In this document: piece by piece, positions 1 to 9,714 of the stretch | Layout: each line of letters opens with the position of its first letter | Position numbering within the stretch: position 1 is the first letter of the stretch | Assembly: GCA_048128005.1 (NCBI GenBank) | Contig: JBEUKZ010000001.1 | Coordinates: 124,001-147,602 of the forward strand | Origin: Veleropilina oligotropha | Taxonomy: Eukaryota | Direction of reading: 5' to 3' | DNA length: 23,602 nt | Position numbers and translations under genes: made by a program | Notes under the pieces: model-generated | Told to the model about the DNA's origin: nothing | Databases searched by the model: none | What the model saw: the letters and a program-made list of their open reading frames with translations, nothing else

Positions 1-989
1 CACAGCCCAATTACACCAGATGGATGACACTTGCATATTATGAACATGGAAAATACCCATGAAGGGATCCGAGGCATGTTTCAAGGTGGAGCAATGCTAT
101 TGACATTGCTCTCGAGTAAATTGTTAACAATGATACAGCGTCACGACAAGGTGGCACTGCAACATTTACTCAATGCGTCAATGCTAGGTCAAGAGGTAAG
201 ATCTTTCGATGAGCTATTGTTGGATGTCTTTTTGACATGGAAGGTCTTACTCTGGGTGAGAAAATTTCTCAAGAGATAAAGCAATAGGTTGCGAAAAGCC
301 TGGAAGAATCATTGAATCCATTTCAAGAAGACCTGCCCGAGCTTTAATCCCGAACAACAGACCGAGCAACTTCCGCTGATGCGCAGAATGATCTCATTGG
401 ATTGGGAGACAAGTAGGGTATGCTTTGAAGACAAGAATTTCTTCAAAAATCTAGAAGATAAAGAAATTCGCAGCACACATAATATTTTCGGTAGATTCCT
501 CTTTCCTGCTGCCACAAAGAATCATGATTTGGTTACTGTTCTGTTTTCTCCCTCACAGAAGTGCCACACTCCCTTAGCCACATAACTGAAGACATGATCA
601 GGACGTCCAAATCATTATTGATGAAGCAGAGAGTACTGCAAACAAAGAACCTTGCCATGTTTATGTCCACATTCTTGATGTCATGATTTTTTTGCGCACA
701 CTACCATAGATATCTCAAACCTTCGGCGGCATCGCAAAATTTATACTTGCTCCTTTTCAAACGTAATCCACATCGTTTACGATATGTAATACGTATCCAA
801 GGGTATGAGTGCGTGGAGAGGGAAACCATCAAGTTCGATGTACGATACCTGGAGCATCTTAAAGGAGACCAACAAATTTCAAGTTTCAACTATGAAGCCC
901 TTCTGTTATTATTCTTCAAAATGTCACCCCTGCGTTGTATTCGAGACGAAAGGAACACCTGGTCATATATTGAAGTCTTCGAAAGCCAT
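1..989 (+). mobile_element. Decayed AcademX (Academ transposase / XPG-like nuclease) DNA transposon fragment, running off the left edge
   Basis: Joining + frames across stops and frameshifts gives QPNYTRWMT / MNMENTHEGIRGMFQGGA / AIDIALE*IVNNDTASRQGG / SLNPF / IFGRFLF / LTEVPHSLSH..MIRTSKS / ILDVMIF / QTFGGIAKFIL / IHIVYD / RRPT. This is the motif order I recall for Academ proteins (NYARW..HPG..F..G; D..LEQT.N.D; LFGRLL; PL..VP.SL; PIN/XPG-like start). It is collinear with the remnant at 19570-21190. Confidence 0.75.
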
Positions 990-1119
990 AGGACCGTATG
1001 ATCGAAAGCAATTTAACTTAGACTGGGTTTGGGGGAAAACCTGGTCTGGCAAAATCTGGACCAATTGTCTAAAATAACCGGTATGACAGAAACACAGTTT
1101 ACGAACACCGATGGTTTAA

Positions 1120-1365
1120 ACCACGTTATGTGCTAAACAGACTTTGAAGCAATGTCGGAACTTTGCCCATTCCTAAATTTAAAAAAAATCACTAGCCAGC
1201 GCTGTAAATAGGCGGTGCAGTTCTATATATCACAATGAGCCTCACTTAGACATTGCCGATGGTGATGACGACGGTCAAAGTAGTCGAAGCGGACGGGCAA
1301 GCTGAAGGCAATATTCAGCAAGACAATAATAGGAGAGTTGTAATATATAGAGGTACTTTAATTAA
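1120..1365 (+). pseudogene. Degenerate C-terminus of a Harbinger (HARBI1-like) DDE transposase
   Basis: Frame-shifted pieces CAKQTL / GAVLYI / NEPHLDIADGDDDG / RRVVIYR / YFN* resemble the Harbinger tail (VEQTFG..CAVLHN..acidic linker..R..II..YF*). The match was made by eye only. Confidence 0.45.
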
Positions 1366-1464
1366 TTGTGTGGTGTGTGTATTTTTCTTTATGAAAGACA
1401 TTACTTTTGTGCTCTTAATATATTATGAAAGGTAAACTATAATGACGTAATGGAGTTTACGATA

Positions 1465-2351
1465 TTTTTCATAGGATAAAAGAACTACCCTTAATGAACA
1501 AATTCCCAAAATGTCATTAGGCTTAGTTGTTCACCTGTAATTTCACAGTTATTGAATCACAATGGGCGGTAAATATCAAAACGGTAATTAAATAGCGTGC
1601 CTCGTCAGTATTATGGTATGCCCCACTCTCTTGAGCACGGACTTCATCAACGCATTGATCTTTCTCACTGGAATGTTGTTCCACTCTTTCAATAGGCACT
1701 TCTTAATTGATTGAGAGTGGCGGGGTGGGAAGGGGTTGGGGGAATTCCGACCCCGACAGAAGAGGTCCAGTTCGTCCCATAAATGTTTAATTACGAAAAT
1801 TACATTAAGTAAGCTAAATGGTGTGGTTAGCCAGAAAGTCTCGATGAACTCATCTACATGGGATCGTGATAATTTTGCTGTAAAATCAGTTGACGTTGTT
1901 GCACAATGCGGACTACGACATGCCGGGATGTTATCCCTGTTCCTTACCGCTGTTAAATTGCCCGCTACCTTCACGAAAGGTGTTTTTTCTTCATGAGACA
2001 TTGCTCTCTAGACCATAATTGACCCATTCCTTACCTATTACTCTCAACATAACGCAGATGTCGTTGAAAAAGTATCCACAATACCGGTATGCGCGACACC
2101 GAGAGCGAACCGTGAGTCATCTATGAAAACAACATGTCTCCACTGCCTCATATAATTGAAAATCTTCTGGGTGCATGTGCCGCCAACCAAGTCCCACGAC
2201 GCGCGCAACGTTGAGGAGTGAGGGAATGATCGACGTAAGGACGACGTGCCCTCCAATAGTATTCTAACCGATCGAGTTTCAATATTTACCGGTAATCGGC
2301 TATAAAAAATTCCTTTTTTATTTACCTGCGTTTCTTTATCTCTTTAGTATA
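1465..2351 (-). mobile_element. Tc1/mariner (Tc1) transposon remnant nested in the Harbinger-like element
   Basis: ORF 2044-2256 contains WRHVVFIDDSRF (first catalytic D, W..VLFSDESRF). ORF 1588-2001 contains GNLTAVR, IKHLWDEL, EWNNIP and GHT (Tc1 C-terminus). A TA-flanked Tc1-type end, GCGTTTCTTTATCTCTTTAGTATA, ends at 2351. The other end (~1465-1490) is only weakly recognisable, so that boundary is approximate. Confidence 0.8.
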
Positions 2352-2957
2352 TTTTATTCCTTTTTGTTCTTGGATCTCATTAAAAAATAATTTCATTATA
2401 TATAATGTCTCTGTTAAACTACCCCCCCCCCCCCTTGCAGGTCTACGTAAAATACCATTTGGAACCAGGTTTAGACTGGGTTTAAGCTAAACTGCTTTCG
2501 ATCATGCGACACCTGGTCTACCACTCGATTTAGACCCAGTTTGGGCTGAATCCTGGTTTAAACCTGCTTCGATCATACGGGCCTTTTTGATATATTCTTT
2601 GATATATTCTTTATCTCTTTCAGCTGGAATATACGAATCATATATCCTGATTTGAAATTTTTCATTATCTTGTCAACCATTAACATATTTCAGTGTCCAA
2701 CGTTTACTCTGAAGAGAATCTATGCGCATTATAAACGAATTGTCGTTTTTATTGATAACAATTGGAATAAATACATGTTTAATAATATCTCAATTCGCAA
2801 GCATCAGAAAAATACATACCTGTTTTGCGAAGTCTGTCGGTTTTTAAGATATTTGCAATTTTATATGAGATGTTATTCACATTTTATAGTTAAATCGATT
2901 ATAGAATGCATTATTGCTCATTTAATTCTGGATAAATTGACCTAATGTTACTATGTA

Positions 2958-3536
2958 TAGGTAATAGAGCTGGGCAAGAAGATTTTCCGGAAAATTTGTT
3001 AAATGCACTAATTTGACATTTACATTGCATCATGACCTTGTCCACCGCTAGGTACACTTAGGGATTGACTTTTAGCCACACTCTTTGCAAAAATTTCCAT
3101 TGACCAAATGGTCATTTTTATCAGATAAATGACCCCATTCTCTTGCTCTAATATGGAAGCTACCAATGTGGCATTTGTAGGATTTCGACGGTCGGCCATT
3201 TTGCCATTCAAAATTCAAAATGGCCGCCATAACGGCCTCAGTTCAAATGTAACATTGGTTTGCACATTCAGTGCTTTATAATGCTTCCAAACACATAAAC
3301 CTGTAAAAAGACCCATTTTTTATGTTACTATCACATCTGATGTTGCACACATATGAAAATTTGTAGATTTTCGAATTTAAGTGGTAGCAATATACGATTT
3401 GGTCATTTTCTTAGGTTCCAGTAACTTTCCGGCAAGGTTGTGCACCTGGATATTGATATTTTATGTCCATAGATTGCAAACATAATGCACAACCTTTTAC
3501 AGAAGGCGATGTCACTTTTTGCCCATTGGCACGGTA
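2958..3536. mobile_element. Possible non-coding terminal or non-autonomous portion of a DNA transposon (Academ-like)
   Basis: Starts TAGGTAATAGAGCTGGGCAAGAAG, which resembles the TAGT(A/C)CATGAGCTG ends at 19146/21560. Ends CTTTTTGCCCATTGGCACGGTA (TGGGCAARAAG inverted). Shares CTAATTTGACAT..CAT.GCAT with ~21445 and has AAAATGGCCGCC motifs. No clear TSD. Confidence 0.3.
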
Positions 3537-4005
3537 GATATCAGGGAGTACAGGGAGACAAACAAGGTGGTCAAGCGAGCGGTGGTCAATTTGAAATCAG
3601 AAGCTTACAAGTCTTGAATCCGACGATGGGCAAAAGAAGGCTATGAAGATGACAAGAGCAAGAACATGAATCCAGTGAGCGTGCTGCGTCAACGATGTGA
3701 TAATTGTCGGACCCTGACGGATGATGGGGAGATAATGAGGAGGTGAAAGGAGTATTGTGATAACTTGGTGTATGTTGTGAACGAGAGAGTTGAAAGGACA
3801 GTGGAGTCAAACGGAGATGAAGATGTAGAGCTGTTGACCAGAGAAGAGGCGAAGAAGGCATTGAAAATCTGAAGCGAGGTAGTTTAGTAGGTCTAAATGA
3901 CATCAGCGATGATGTGGGGGTGTCTGGGAGATAAAGTGATTAATTTATTTGAGGAATCTGTTCAATGAGAGGAGGAATGCCTAATGAGTGGAGAAGTAGC
4001 ATACT
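3537..4005 (+). mobile_element. RTE-clade (BovB-like) LINE, decayed ORF, 5' segment
   Basis: Translates as DIREYRETNKVVKRAVVNLKSEAY..., EEAKKALK, VGLNDI, CLGDK, MPNEWRSSI(L). This is the region before the RT domain of RTE elements, with many stops and frameshifts. Confidence 0.8.
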
Positions 4006-5176
4006 GCGAATTCTTCTTCTAAAATGGTTTCTGTACTTCGAAAGGTTCAGCAAATATTGAACTTCGAAATTCTCCTGAACATTTATGTTACTTATATAAG
4101 ACCACGATTAGAATACTGCTCTGAGATATGGGACGGAATGACTGATCGCGATTGCCACCGCCTAGAATTGATGCAAAATGAGGCCATGCGTATTATTACT
4201 GGGCTTCCACGTTATACATCAATACAGCACCTGTATGAAGAGACTGGTTTGGAAACTTTAAAGTCTAGACGGGAAAAGAAAAAGCTTTTTACTATGTACA
4301 AAATTATTTACCATTTGACACCTGATTATTTATTTAATTTACTGCCATTATACGTTAGCGACCTTTCCCAATATGCCCTTCGAAATAGCAACAACTTTGT
4401 ACAAATTCCATGTAGACTTGAATTAAGTTGGACTTCATTATTTCCCTCGACTACACGTTTATGGAACAATCTTCCTGATTCTTTTAAAAATGCACCAAAT
4501 TTGAACTCATTTAAAGCACTACTAAGTCCTATCAAATACAAACCAAACTTCTATTTAACAAGCAATAGAAAGCTCGATGTTATCCATCGAAAATTACGTC
4601 GTAATTGTAGCACATTGAAATACGACCTCTTTGTCAACCATATAGTAGCATCACCGTTGTGTGAATGCGGCTATCCAAACGAAACAGTTCATCATTATTT
4701 AATGGAACGCCCATTATATCAGAACGAACGGACCATCCTATTCAATAGTTTGCAAAACTTTGAAATTACCCCAAGACTTTTACTATATGGAACAACACCC
4801 GCCGATCAAAATGATAATAAAAATATATTTCAGAATATGCAAACATTTATTATTGCAACAAATAGATTTACATGATGTCCAATAACAATCCTCCAATTAT
4901 GTGATCACCTGCTCATCCTCCCTATGGCGTTATTGTATGATGGTTGTTGCACAACCCCATCTCATCATGAATGCACGATTACTATATGTGATAATTATTT
5001 ACTTGCACAATATTCCTCCTCTTATAACTGAAATACTTATTATGTATGTTACCATCCTGTTAAACCCTTGAAGTTGTATGCATATATATAAGGAACGGGT
5101 ACAATGATCATGTTTTATAACTGTTTACCCAATCCTTTTGCTTTCTTTGGAAAATAAATATGTTTAAACTAAACTA
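4006..5176 (+). mobile_element. 5'-truncated CR1-clade (CR1/Zenon-like) LINE inserted into the RTE element
   Basis: Carries an ORF2 C-terminus and a ~300-bp 3' UTR. The UTR has a stem-loop (AAGGA..GGGTA / TACCC..TCCTT, 5090-5137), AATAAA at 5153-5158 and a (TAAAC)n tail. It is flanked by ACT at 4003-4005 and 5177-5179. Removing it restores the RTE frame WRSSILVSIYK. Confidence 0.88.
4024..4875 (+). CDS. C-terminal part (RT thumb region and CCHC-type zinc knuckle) of CR1-clade ORF2; truncated, not an expressed gene
   Basis: A 283-aa stop-free frame that is open from 4006. Contains YIRPRLEYCSEIW, LELMQNEAMRIITG, LKSRREKKKL..YKI, SLFPSTTRLWNNLP and CECG...ETVHHY, all typical of CR1/L2-group ORF2 ends. 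Confidence 0.85.
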   Translation: MVSVLRKVQQILNFEILLNIYVTYIRPRLEYCSEIWDGMTDRDCHRLELMQNEAMRIITGLPRYTSIQHLYEETGLETLKSRREKKKLFTMYKIIYHLTPDYLFNLLPLYVSDLSQYALRNSNNFVQIPCRLELSWTSLFPSTTRLWNNLPDSFKNAPNLNSFKALLSPIKYKPNFYLTSNRKLDVIHRKLRRNCSTLKYDLFVNHIVASPLCECGYPNETVHHYLMERPLYQNERTILFNSLQNFEITPRLLLYGTTPADQNDNKNIFQNMQTFIIATNRFT

Positions 5177-5179
5177 ACT

Positions 5180-6265
5180 TGTTTCAATATACAAGACAGA
5201 GGGAGACGTATATGATTGTGGGGACTATAGAAGCATCAAACTTATTTCCTAAATGGTGAATATCTGTGAGAGGGTGAATGGTTACAGACTAAGAACAATG
5301 GTTAACATCGGGGAGGATCAATTTGGATTTATGGCGGGCTGAAGCGCGATTGATGCCATCTTTGCCATTCGCCAACTGATAGAAAAATACAGAGAAGAGC
5401 AGCAGAATTTTAACTGTTTTTATTAGACCTAGAAAAGGCGTACAACAGACTGCCAAGGGACGAGATCTGGAATTGTACGATAATTAAAAGAGTAAACGGT
5501 AAACACGTTCGAATTGTCCAGGACATGTACGATGGCAGTCGGAGGACCCAGATTAGATTTGTGGATGTGTTGAGTGAGTCTTTCAAGGTTAGTGCCGGGG
5601 TGCACCAATGGTCAGCGCTGAAACCTTTCTTGTTTATTATGATCATGGATTGTGCAAAAGATGCATGAAGTGAAACACGGATGTTCCCAGACGACGTGAT
5701 ACTGAGTTCGGAGGAAATAGAGGAAGCGGAGACGAGGCTGGAGGAGTGACGGAGGTTATTGGAAGATGAAGGTGAGCAGGAAGATGACCGAGTATGTGTG
5801 TACGAGAGTTGGAGACAATGTAGTTGGAAACATCAGAATGGAGGACGAGGTAGTTCCGAGGGCAGCCGAGTTAAAATATTTAGGGTCTAATGTAAAGGAG
5901 AATGGAGTTTCAAGCAACGAGGTTGCTAAGAAGATACAAGCATGGTGAAGCAGCTGAAAAAAAGAAACAGGAGCGTGAAACGACGTATGTAAAAGGCGAT
6001 GGTCATGCCAGCAATGCTGTACGGGATGGAAGCAGGTGAAGCGGATAGAGGTAGCAGAAATGACAATATTACGCCTCTCACTAGTGATAGCGCGGCTGTA
6101 CAAGACCAGAAACGCGGTGGTACGAGACAAGTTAGGGGCAGCGAGCTAGGAGAGAAGCTGATAACGGTGCGGTTAAGTGGTGCGGTCATGTGTATCGGAG
6201 GGGGGAGCGGTATGTGAATAAGAGAGTGGAAAGGTTGACGAAAAGGAAGATCCACTCCGACGATC
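5180..6265 (+). mobile_element. RTE-clade LINE, decayed reverse transcriptase, 3' segment
   Basis: Motifs seen: VSIYKTEGDVYDCGDYRSIKLIS, QFGFM (5319), AIDAIFAIRQLIEKYRE, LDLEKAY (5423), GVHQWSALKPFLF, MFPDDV (5681, degenerate FADD), KYLGS, VMPAMLYGME and RKGR. Multiple stops and frameshifts. Confidence 0.9.
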
Positions 6266-7174
6266 ATACATTGTCGGATTAAATCCCGTAGAAGAGATAA
6301 TGGCTATTTTTAGCATTATCATGGGATTTTTTAACGAGATACTGTTATCGTTAGTATTAGTCAGTGATGTAGTCATTGACTGCAATTTTGTGGAATGTGG
6401 ATCTTAATTATAGAATTAAAGACCTCTTTGTCTAAAAGTAAGTAAAAAAGTAGCAGAATTCGTGATGTCATATATATGCACAGTAAGCACAATGTCATGT
6501 TATTGTGTGTCACCCATTAATCGTGCCAACCTTTCAAGGCGTGACGTTAGACGGAAGACGTAATGATGAAACTAATCTGGCCATCATCGATTTGCAACAG
6601 TATAATTAGCTCATAATGAAGTTCTTCTGATTACATGTGCTGCCCATGTAAACAGGAAGCAAGGCATCGATTTTGATCAATATGGAATGGCTTGTTACAT
6701 CGATATGGTCTCTATGAAAATATCAAGATAGTAGTTGGAAAAGCCTTCGTTTTTCCAATTTATAATAATATATCTTCACCATAAATTGTCATAAGAATTC
6801 TTCTAAAATTAAAGTTACTAAACAATTAATGAGGAATAGCACTAATAGTCATTTCATCAAACTAAAAGGAGGTTCAAGGTAGCCATATTTATCGCGTACG
6901 TTAATATAAATTAAAAAAATGTATTTTGTAAAATGAAACTGGTTTGAGCAGCTGCTTTCATAATATACTTCCGACAACATGCAGCTAACAATTTGTCTTT
7001 TTAACGTTTCAATATGTTTGAAAATAAGGAAATGGTTAAGTGCTACTGTGTATTTAAGTGAACAACCGAGAAGTTAGACCCACACATGTTAATGATAGCA
7101 GTCAGACTAGAACATTTGGAGCAACGCTCTTCTCAGCTGTTCTCCACTTAGCCTCTAGTTTTCCGGCGTCTTTA

Positions 7175-7409
7175 TGGCGCTTCGACAGCCTTGTGGGTTC
7201 GGTCGCAGACTCCGAAAATGATTGGCTTGATTCCAGTGTCGCGAACAGTAGTGGGTTCAAACCTCGGCAGGGGCATCACACATTTGTTCAAGTTATGAAT
7301 CACAATTGTCCGTAACTGGTCGGAGAGGGCGGGTTTCCCGGGCGACCGGGACATGTCCTTCTTTGAACCAAATAATGGTTGGAAATATACTGGATATCCT
7401 TCCCTTTTC
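7175..7409 (+). mobile_element. tRNA-derived SINE, copy 1
   Basis: Has a B-box-like GGTTCAAACCT (7254-7264) and a T/C-rich tail. The perfect 12-bp TSD CCGGCGTCTTTA lies at 7163-7174 and 7410-7421. Homologous to 11731-12004 (-) and 13925-14165 (+). Confidence 0.85.
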
Positions 7410-7904
7410 CCGGCGTCTTTAATTTCAATAATGATAACGATACCACGCACTGAATATTTTCAGGATTTTGCTGCATTCATAACACTTAAATTATATGTTT
7501 TTAATTATATGTCATAGCCAAATTTACATTGCACAAATATAGGCAGGGGAATTGAATATGACAGTAAATAAATAATTACTATTATACATTTAGGTTATAA
7601 AAGGATTCTGCAACATAAACTTGATATAATAATTAAAAATAATTGCTTCCTGTAATTATAACCAAGATTCTTGATACACACTAACACTTACTCTTGTTTT
7701 CACAATATTACTCTAGTACGTTATAGTAATCTAATATAGTATTATGCCATGAAATTACACAAGAACTAACTAAATGTATATATATCTTTACAAACTTAAT
7801 AAAAACGAGATTAAAATATAATGTGATATAAATTACTAATTTTTATTGTCTTCTAAACATTTTAATATGCATGTTCGCAGAATAAGAATATTGACTAAGT
7901 CTAA

Positions 7905-8510
7905 AGGTCGTTTCACACCAGACACGTCCGATTTTTCGCAACGATAATCGTTACGACAAATCGTTATGAGCTTTCACACCAGATGCGAATTTCGTAACGG
8001 CTACCACTATCATTCATGATACACGTTTGATTTTATATGGTTATCATTTTGTTTCATCTGTATTTTTATTATGTCAGTGTTTCAGTGGCTGTATAGACTG
8101 TACATGCTTCCCAAATTCCGTATTTTATTCGGATTGCATATCTTCTAAGCATAATAATATTTCAGTATTTTCAAATCCTGGAATGGATTTATTAGAGGAT
8201 ATCATGCCGCTGTATACTTGTACGATGATATCATCTTAGGTGGTCGTCTGCATAATGCCATTTTGTCAATCCCATGTATGGATATGTTGGGAATTACTGG
8301 TCATGTGACAAGGAATAACCTGTTTTTACTATATTTGACATGCGAAATCGCAACGAAAATCGTTGAGATAGGATCCGATCCTATCTCGACGATTTTCGTT
8401 GCGATTTTGTAAATATCGTTGCGACAATCGCATCGTGTCTGAAAGGCTCCGTGGTAATGTGTTGTTTCTATCATAACGAAAATCGTAACGATAATCGTTG
8501 CGATTTTCGT
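7905..8510 (+). mobile_element. PIF/Harbinger-type MITE, copy A (3' terminus lost)
   Basis: Follows TAA (7902-7904) and starts AGGTCGTTTCACACCAGA. Collinear with complete copies B and D, but lacks their last ~30 bp. Confidence 0.88.
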
Positions 8511-8630
8511 AACGATATTCGTTATGTTAGAAACAACGCATTGCCACGGAGCCTTTCAGACACGATCCGATTGTCGCACCGATTTTTACACAATCGCAAC
8601 GAAAATCGTCGAGATAGGATCTGATCCTAA

Positions 8631-9243
8631 AGGTCGTTTCACACCAGACGCGTCAGATTTTTCGCAACGATAATCGTTACGACAAATCGTTATGAGCTTT
8701 CACACCAGATGCGAATTTCGTAATGATACACGTTTGATTTTGATTTTATATGGTTATCATTTTGTTTCATCTGTATTCTTATTATGTCAGTGTTTCAGTT
8801 GCTGCACATGCATCCCAAATTTCGTATTTTATTCGGATTGCATATCTTCTAAGCATAATAATATTTCAATATCTTTAAATCCTGGAAAGGATTTATTAAA
8901 GGATATCATGCCGCTGTACTTGTACGATGATATCCTCTTTGGTGGTCTTCTGCATGATGCCATTTTGTCAATCCCATGTATGGATATGTTGGGAATTACT
9001 GGTCATGTGACAAGGAATACCCTGTTTTTACTATATTTGACATGCGAAATCGCAACGAAAATCGTTGAGATAGGATCAGATCCTATCTCGACGATTTTCG
9101 TTGCGATTTTGTAAATATCGTTGCGACAATCGGATCGTGTCTGAAAGGCTCCGTGGTAATGTATTGTTTCTATCATAACGAAAATCGTAACGATAATCGT
9201 TGCGATTTTCGTTGCGAAAATCGCATCAGGTGTGAAAGGGCCT
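8631..9243 (+). mobile_element. PIF/Harbinger-type MITE, copy B (both ends present, 613 bp)
   Basis: TIRs AGGTCGTTTCACACC ... GGTGTGAAAGGGCCT. TAA TSD at 8628-8630 and 9244-9246. Confidence 0.92.
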
Positions 9244-9352
9244 TAATTCAACGATTTTCGTTGCGATTTCTCATGCTAAATAAAGAAATAACAGGGTATT
9301 CCTTGTCACATGACCAGTAATTTCCATCATATCAACACGTGGGATTGACAAA

Positions 9353-9475
9353 ATGGCATAATACAGAAGCCCACCAAAGAGGATATCTTCATACATGTAC
9401 AGCTGCATGATTTCCTCTAATAAATCCATTCCAGGATATAAAGATACTGAAATATCTTATGCTTAGAAGGTATGA
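9353..9475 (+). pseudogene. Putative decayed N-terminus of a MADF/Myb-SANT DNA-binding protein (Harbinger second ORF) retained in the MITE
   Basis: AAAATGGC start context at 9353. Then KEDIFIHVQLHDFL (from 9376) and, after a frameshift, NKSIPGYKDTEISYA* (from 9419). This resembles MADF LI..V.....L(W/Y)D.....YKD......AW. The same segment is on the - strand of copies A, B and D. Confidence 0.5.
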
Positions 9476-9714
9476 AATTCGTATAAAATACGGAATTTAG
9501 AATGCATGTACAGTCTATACAGCCACTGAAATTTGACAATGACACAATAAAAATAAAGATGAAATTAAATTATAGCCTTATAAAATCAAACGTGTATCAT
9601 GAATAGTAGCGGTAGTCGTAACGAAATTCGTCTCTGATGTGAAAGCTCATAACGATTTGTCATAACGATTATCGTTGCGAAAAATCGGACGCGTCTGGTG
9701 TGTAACGACCTTTA

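Larger units (their letters stand above)
990..2584 (+). mobile_element. Internally deleted PIF/Harbinger-like DNA transposon
   Basis: The ends are inverted: AGGACCGTATGATCGAA at 990 vs TTCGATCATACGGGCCT ending at 2584 (16/17 match). A second subterminal copy, TGCTTTCGATCATGCG, lies near 2493-2508. A degenerate Harbinger DDE C-terminus lies inside. No matching TSD survives (CAT/TTT). Confidence 0.65.
8493..9711 (-). mobile_element. PIF/Harbinger-type MITE, copy E (inverted; interrupted by copy B; 3' terminus lost)
   Basis: 8493-8630 plus 9247-9711 is the reverse complement of the A/B/D unit. It ends GGTGTGTAACGACCT at 9711, followed by TTA. Confidence 0.88.

Noticed and set aside
2422..2440. 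C13 run followed by TTGCAG as a splice acceptor
   Set aside because: No coding exon follows. It lies in a transposon subterminal region.
2652..2945. 97-aa ORF, and similar short AT-rich ORFs at 11373, 12266, 22397, 22492 and 23228
   Set aside because: No motifs, several have non-ATG starts, and the composition is typical of random AT-rich DNA.
7175..7275. Functional tRNA gene
   Set aside because: Only a B-box-like motif is clear and I could not build a cloverleaf. It continues into a repeat body with a TSD, so it is a SINE head.
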